A stretch of DNA of 64,000 bases from an uncultured Gemmatimonadales bacterium. GTDB taxonomy: Bacteria > Gemmatimonadota > Gemmatimonadetes > Longimicrobiales > RSA9. The number at the start of each line of letters is the position of its first letter. Position 1 is the first letter of the stretch. The stretch covers positions 224,001 through 288,000 of the forward strand of contig CAVUKA010000001.1 of the NCBI GenBank assembly GCA_963741945.1. Direction: 5' to 3'. Positions 61,869-64,000 of this stretch are shown here, one piece after another. The notes beneath the pieces are model-generated. The model did not search any database. It had not been told where the DNA came from and saw only the letters and a list, made by a program, of their open reading frames with translations. The translations under genes and the position numbers were made by a program.

Positions 61869-62669
61869 ATGAACAAGCGACGACCGATCACACTGCTGGG
61901 CGCGGCCACGGCCCTCCTCCTCTTCGCCACCGCCGTCTCGGCGCAGCAGGAGCGGGTGGAGGAGATGGCGCGTATCCGGGCCGGGCTTCCGCCGGACGTG
62001 GTGCAGCAGATCGAGCAGGTCATGGCTCGTGCCCGGGGGGAAGGGCTGCCCACGGAGCCACTGCTGGACAAGGCCGTGGAGGGGGTGGCCAAGGGCGTTG
62101 CGGGCCCCATGATCGTGGGCGCCGTCGAACGGCTCTCCGCCCAGCTCGGTGAAGCCCGACAGCTGCTGGGCGCCGGCCCCATGGCACGCACCCGCGCGGG
62201 CTCCCCCATGGAAGTGGCCGCCGTGGCCGACGGGCTGCGTCGGGGCGTCCCGCCGCAGGCCATCCGACACATGGCCGTGAACGCTCGGAACGGCGAGCCG
62301 CTCGCCATGGCCGTGCACACGCTCGGCGACCTCCTGGACGAGGGCGTACCGGTGGACGAGGCCGTGGCCGTTCTCGACGCCTGGCGGGGCCGAGGCGCCC
62401 GCGCCCAGGAGCTGCGCGACATCCCGGCGGCCGTGCAACGGATGATCCGCCGCGGATCACTGCCCGGCCAGGCCGCCGCGGCGGTGGCCGGAGCGATGCA
62501 CGGAGGAGCCGCCCCCGGCACCATGGGGAACGGGCCTATGGGAGCGGGCCATGGACCGCCCGGCGGCCCCCCGGTGCCGCCCGGCTCCGGTCCGCCCACC
62601 GATCGGGGGCACGGCCCCGGGCAGCATGGCGGCCCGCCCGGAGGCGGCTCACCCCCGGGCGGGGTTTGA
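61869..62669 (+). CDS. Exported all-helical hypothetical protein with Gly/Pro/His-rich tail
   Basis: Signal peptide (AVSAQ), GLPTEPLLDKAVEGVAKG, repeated RGVP/EGVP helical units; GAGGA RBS. Confidence 0.75.
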   Translation: MNKRRPITLLGAATALLLFATAVSAQQERVEEMARIRAGLPPDVVQQIEQVMARARGEGLPTEPLLDKAVEGVAKGVAGPMIVGAVERLSAQLGEARQLLGAGPMARTRAGSPMEVAAVADGLRRGVPPQAIRHMAVNARNGEPLAMAVHTLGDLLDEGVPVDEAVAVLDAWRGRGARAQELRDIPAAVQRMIRRGSLPGQAAAAVAGAMHGGAAPGTMGNGPMGAGHGPPGGPPVPPGSGPPTDRGHGPGQHGGPPGGGSPPGGV

Positions 62670-62703
62670 CGAGCTGACGAGCGCGCTCACCCGAGGGGCG
62701 CGA

Positions 62704-63693
62704 TCACTCCGCCGCCAGAGTACCGCCGGTTCCGGTCCCGCTGAAGTTCGCGGCGAACGTGCCGGCGGTCCCTTCGGGGATTCGGACGGACCACTCACGC
62801 CGGGGCGGAGTTTCCTTCCGCACCAGCTGAGGGTTCAGGTCCACCACTTCGGAAACCGGCACGCCGGCCGCTTCGGCAACGGCGTCGAGCTTCGTTCCGC
62901 CCGGGACCGCAACCTGATCGAACCTGAGCGGCTGCTCGAATTGGAGACGGGGGAACCCGTACGCTCCGGGGTCCTTCGCGATGTGCGCGGCAGCGAGCAT
63001 CAGGGGGACGTAGTCCCGGGTCTCGCGAGGCAGGCGGTCTCCGATCTGCCAGTAGTCGGCGTCCGTGCCTCGCTCGCTGCCAGTCTCGCTGCGCATGATC
63101 CGACCCACCCGGTTCTCGCCCGTGTTGTAGCTGGCCGCGGCCAGGAAGTAGCTGCCGAACCGGTCGTGCAGATCCTGCAGATAGCTGAGCGCCGCGTCCG
63201 TGGACTTCACCGGGTCCCGACGCTCGTCCACGTACCGCGAAACCTCGAGGCCGTACCGCCTGGCCGTGGGCGCGATGAACTGCCAGATCCCCGCCGCGTC
63301 CGCGGACGAGTATGCGTTCGGGTCAAGTCCGCTCTCGATCATGGCCAGGAAGAGCAGGTCTTCCGGCATGCCGCGCGCCCGCAGCTCCTGCCGGATCATC
63401 GGACCGTATCTCCCGACCCGCTCCATCCACTGCTGCATGTCGTCGTAGCGCTCACCCTTGAGAAAATCGATGAAGAAGTCGACCCGCTCGTTTCGCTCCG
63501 ACGGGAGGTCCCACTGACGCGGGATCACGTCCCGCAGCAGGTCCGCGTCCGGCTGTGCGGCCGGCGCGGGCTCGGTGGCCGGTTCGGCCGAGGTCGTGGT
63601 CGTAGTCGTGCGGTTGGCGATCCCCGCCCCCAGGAGTGCCAGGGTGGACGCCGCCAGCCCCGCCGCCGCCGCTTCCTTTTTCCGTCCGCGCAT
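62704..63693 (-). CDS. Lytic transglycosylase (MltD-like SLT + LysM-like)
   Basis: AMIESG, AAGIWQF, DERRDP, ASYNTGE, LPRETRDYVP, LNP. Confidence 0.92.
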   Translation of the reverse strand: MRGRKKEAAAAGLAASTLALLGAGIANRTTTTTTSAEPATEPAPAAQPDADLLRDVIPRQWDLPSERNERVDFFIDFLKGERYDDMQQWMERVGRYGPMIRQELRARGMPEDLLFLAMIESGLDPNAYSSADAAGIWQFIAPTARRYGLEVSRYVDERRDPVKSTDAALSYLQDLHDRFGSYFLAAASYNTGENRVGRIMRSETGSERGTDADYWQIGDRLPRETRDYVPLMLAAAHIAKDPGAYGFPRLQFEQPLRFDQVAVPGGTKLDAVAEAAGVPVSEVVDLNPQLVRKETPPRREWSVRIPEGTAGTFAANFSGTGTGGTLAAE

Positions 63694-63788
63694 GCGCTCC
63701 TTTTGCCCGGCTGAATCAACAGAAGTCGTTCAATGCCAAGGGTATAGACTGCAAGGAGCGGGCCCCGCGCGCACCCGGGACCCGGCGA

Positions 63789-64000
63789 TCAGAAGTCTCC
63801 GATGAACCCGATCTCCGGCTCCAGGTCGAAGCCGAGCTGTCGCTCCACCCTGTCATGCGCGAGGTCGATCAGCTCGCGCACTTCACGGGCGGTAGCGCCA
63901 CCGAGGTTCACGATGATGTTCGCGTGGCGGTGGAAGATCTGGGCTCGACCGTGGACGTGCCCCTTGAGGCCGCACTCGTCGATGAGCCGACCGGCACCTC
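63789..64000 (-). CDS. murB: UDP-N-acetylmuramate dehydrogenase, C-terminal part (5' end outside window)
   Basis: Manual translation: AGRLIDECGLKG...HANIIVNLGGATA...LEPEIGFIGDF-stop. Confidence 0.88.
   Translation of the reverse strand, partial: GAGRLIDECGLKGHVHGRAQIFHRHANIIVNLGGATAREVRELIDLAHDRVERQLGFDLEPEIGFIGDF

Overview
High-GC bacterial chromosomal segment. Gene content and order suggest a diderm such as Gemmatimonadota (inference). It is mostly core housekeeping genes in long minus-strand runs with many overlapping stop/start codons. These include dusB-larB-ssrA, selB-recO, metK, a complete mannose-family PTS with hprK/ptsH/ptsI, nusB and the rib genes, purM, argS, a split methylmalonyl-CoA mutase, carA, rnhA, lipB with a 2-oxoacid dehydrogenase, secG-tpiA-pgk-gap, comF-aroE-LMW phosphatase-tsaC-ispD-radA-dnaB-udg-coaBC-rpoZ-gmk-yicC, pepA-icd-citrate synthase, a lytic transglycosylase and the end of murB. 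The first ~1.45 kb downstream of the tmRNA 3' end looks accessory: a RelE/HigB toxin plus AbiEi-like and nucleotidyltransferase-like remnants bounded by short repeats. The best candidate for an uncharacterised system is a four-gene plus-strand locus at 59.4-62.7 kb. It encodes an ECF sigma, a membrane anti-sigma with a CBM48/AMPK-type glycogen-binding domain, a beta-barrel-like protein with a second CBM48 (apparent CTG start) and an exported helical protein. The same ECF-type promoter motif (GTGACCCG-N14-CGTC) precedes genes 1 and 4. Other notable items are an RNase HI with an apparently relocated catalytic carboxylate and a small CxxC-CxxC gene with its own promoter and a perfect 32-bp palindrome, inserted between gap and pgk. 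All protein calls come from motif recognition by eye; no database searches were run.
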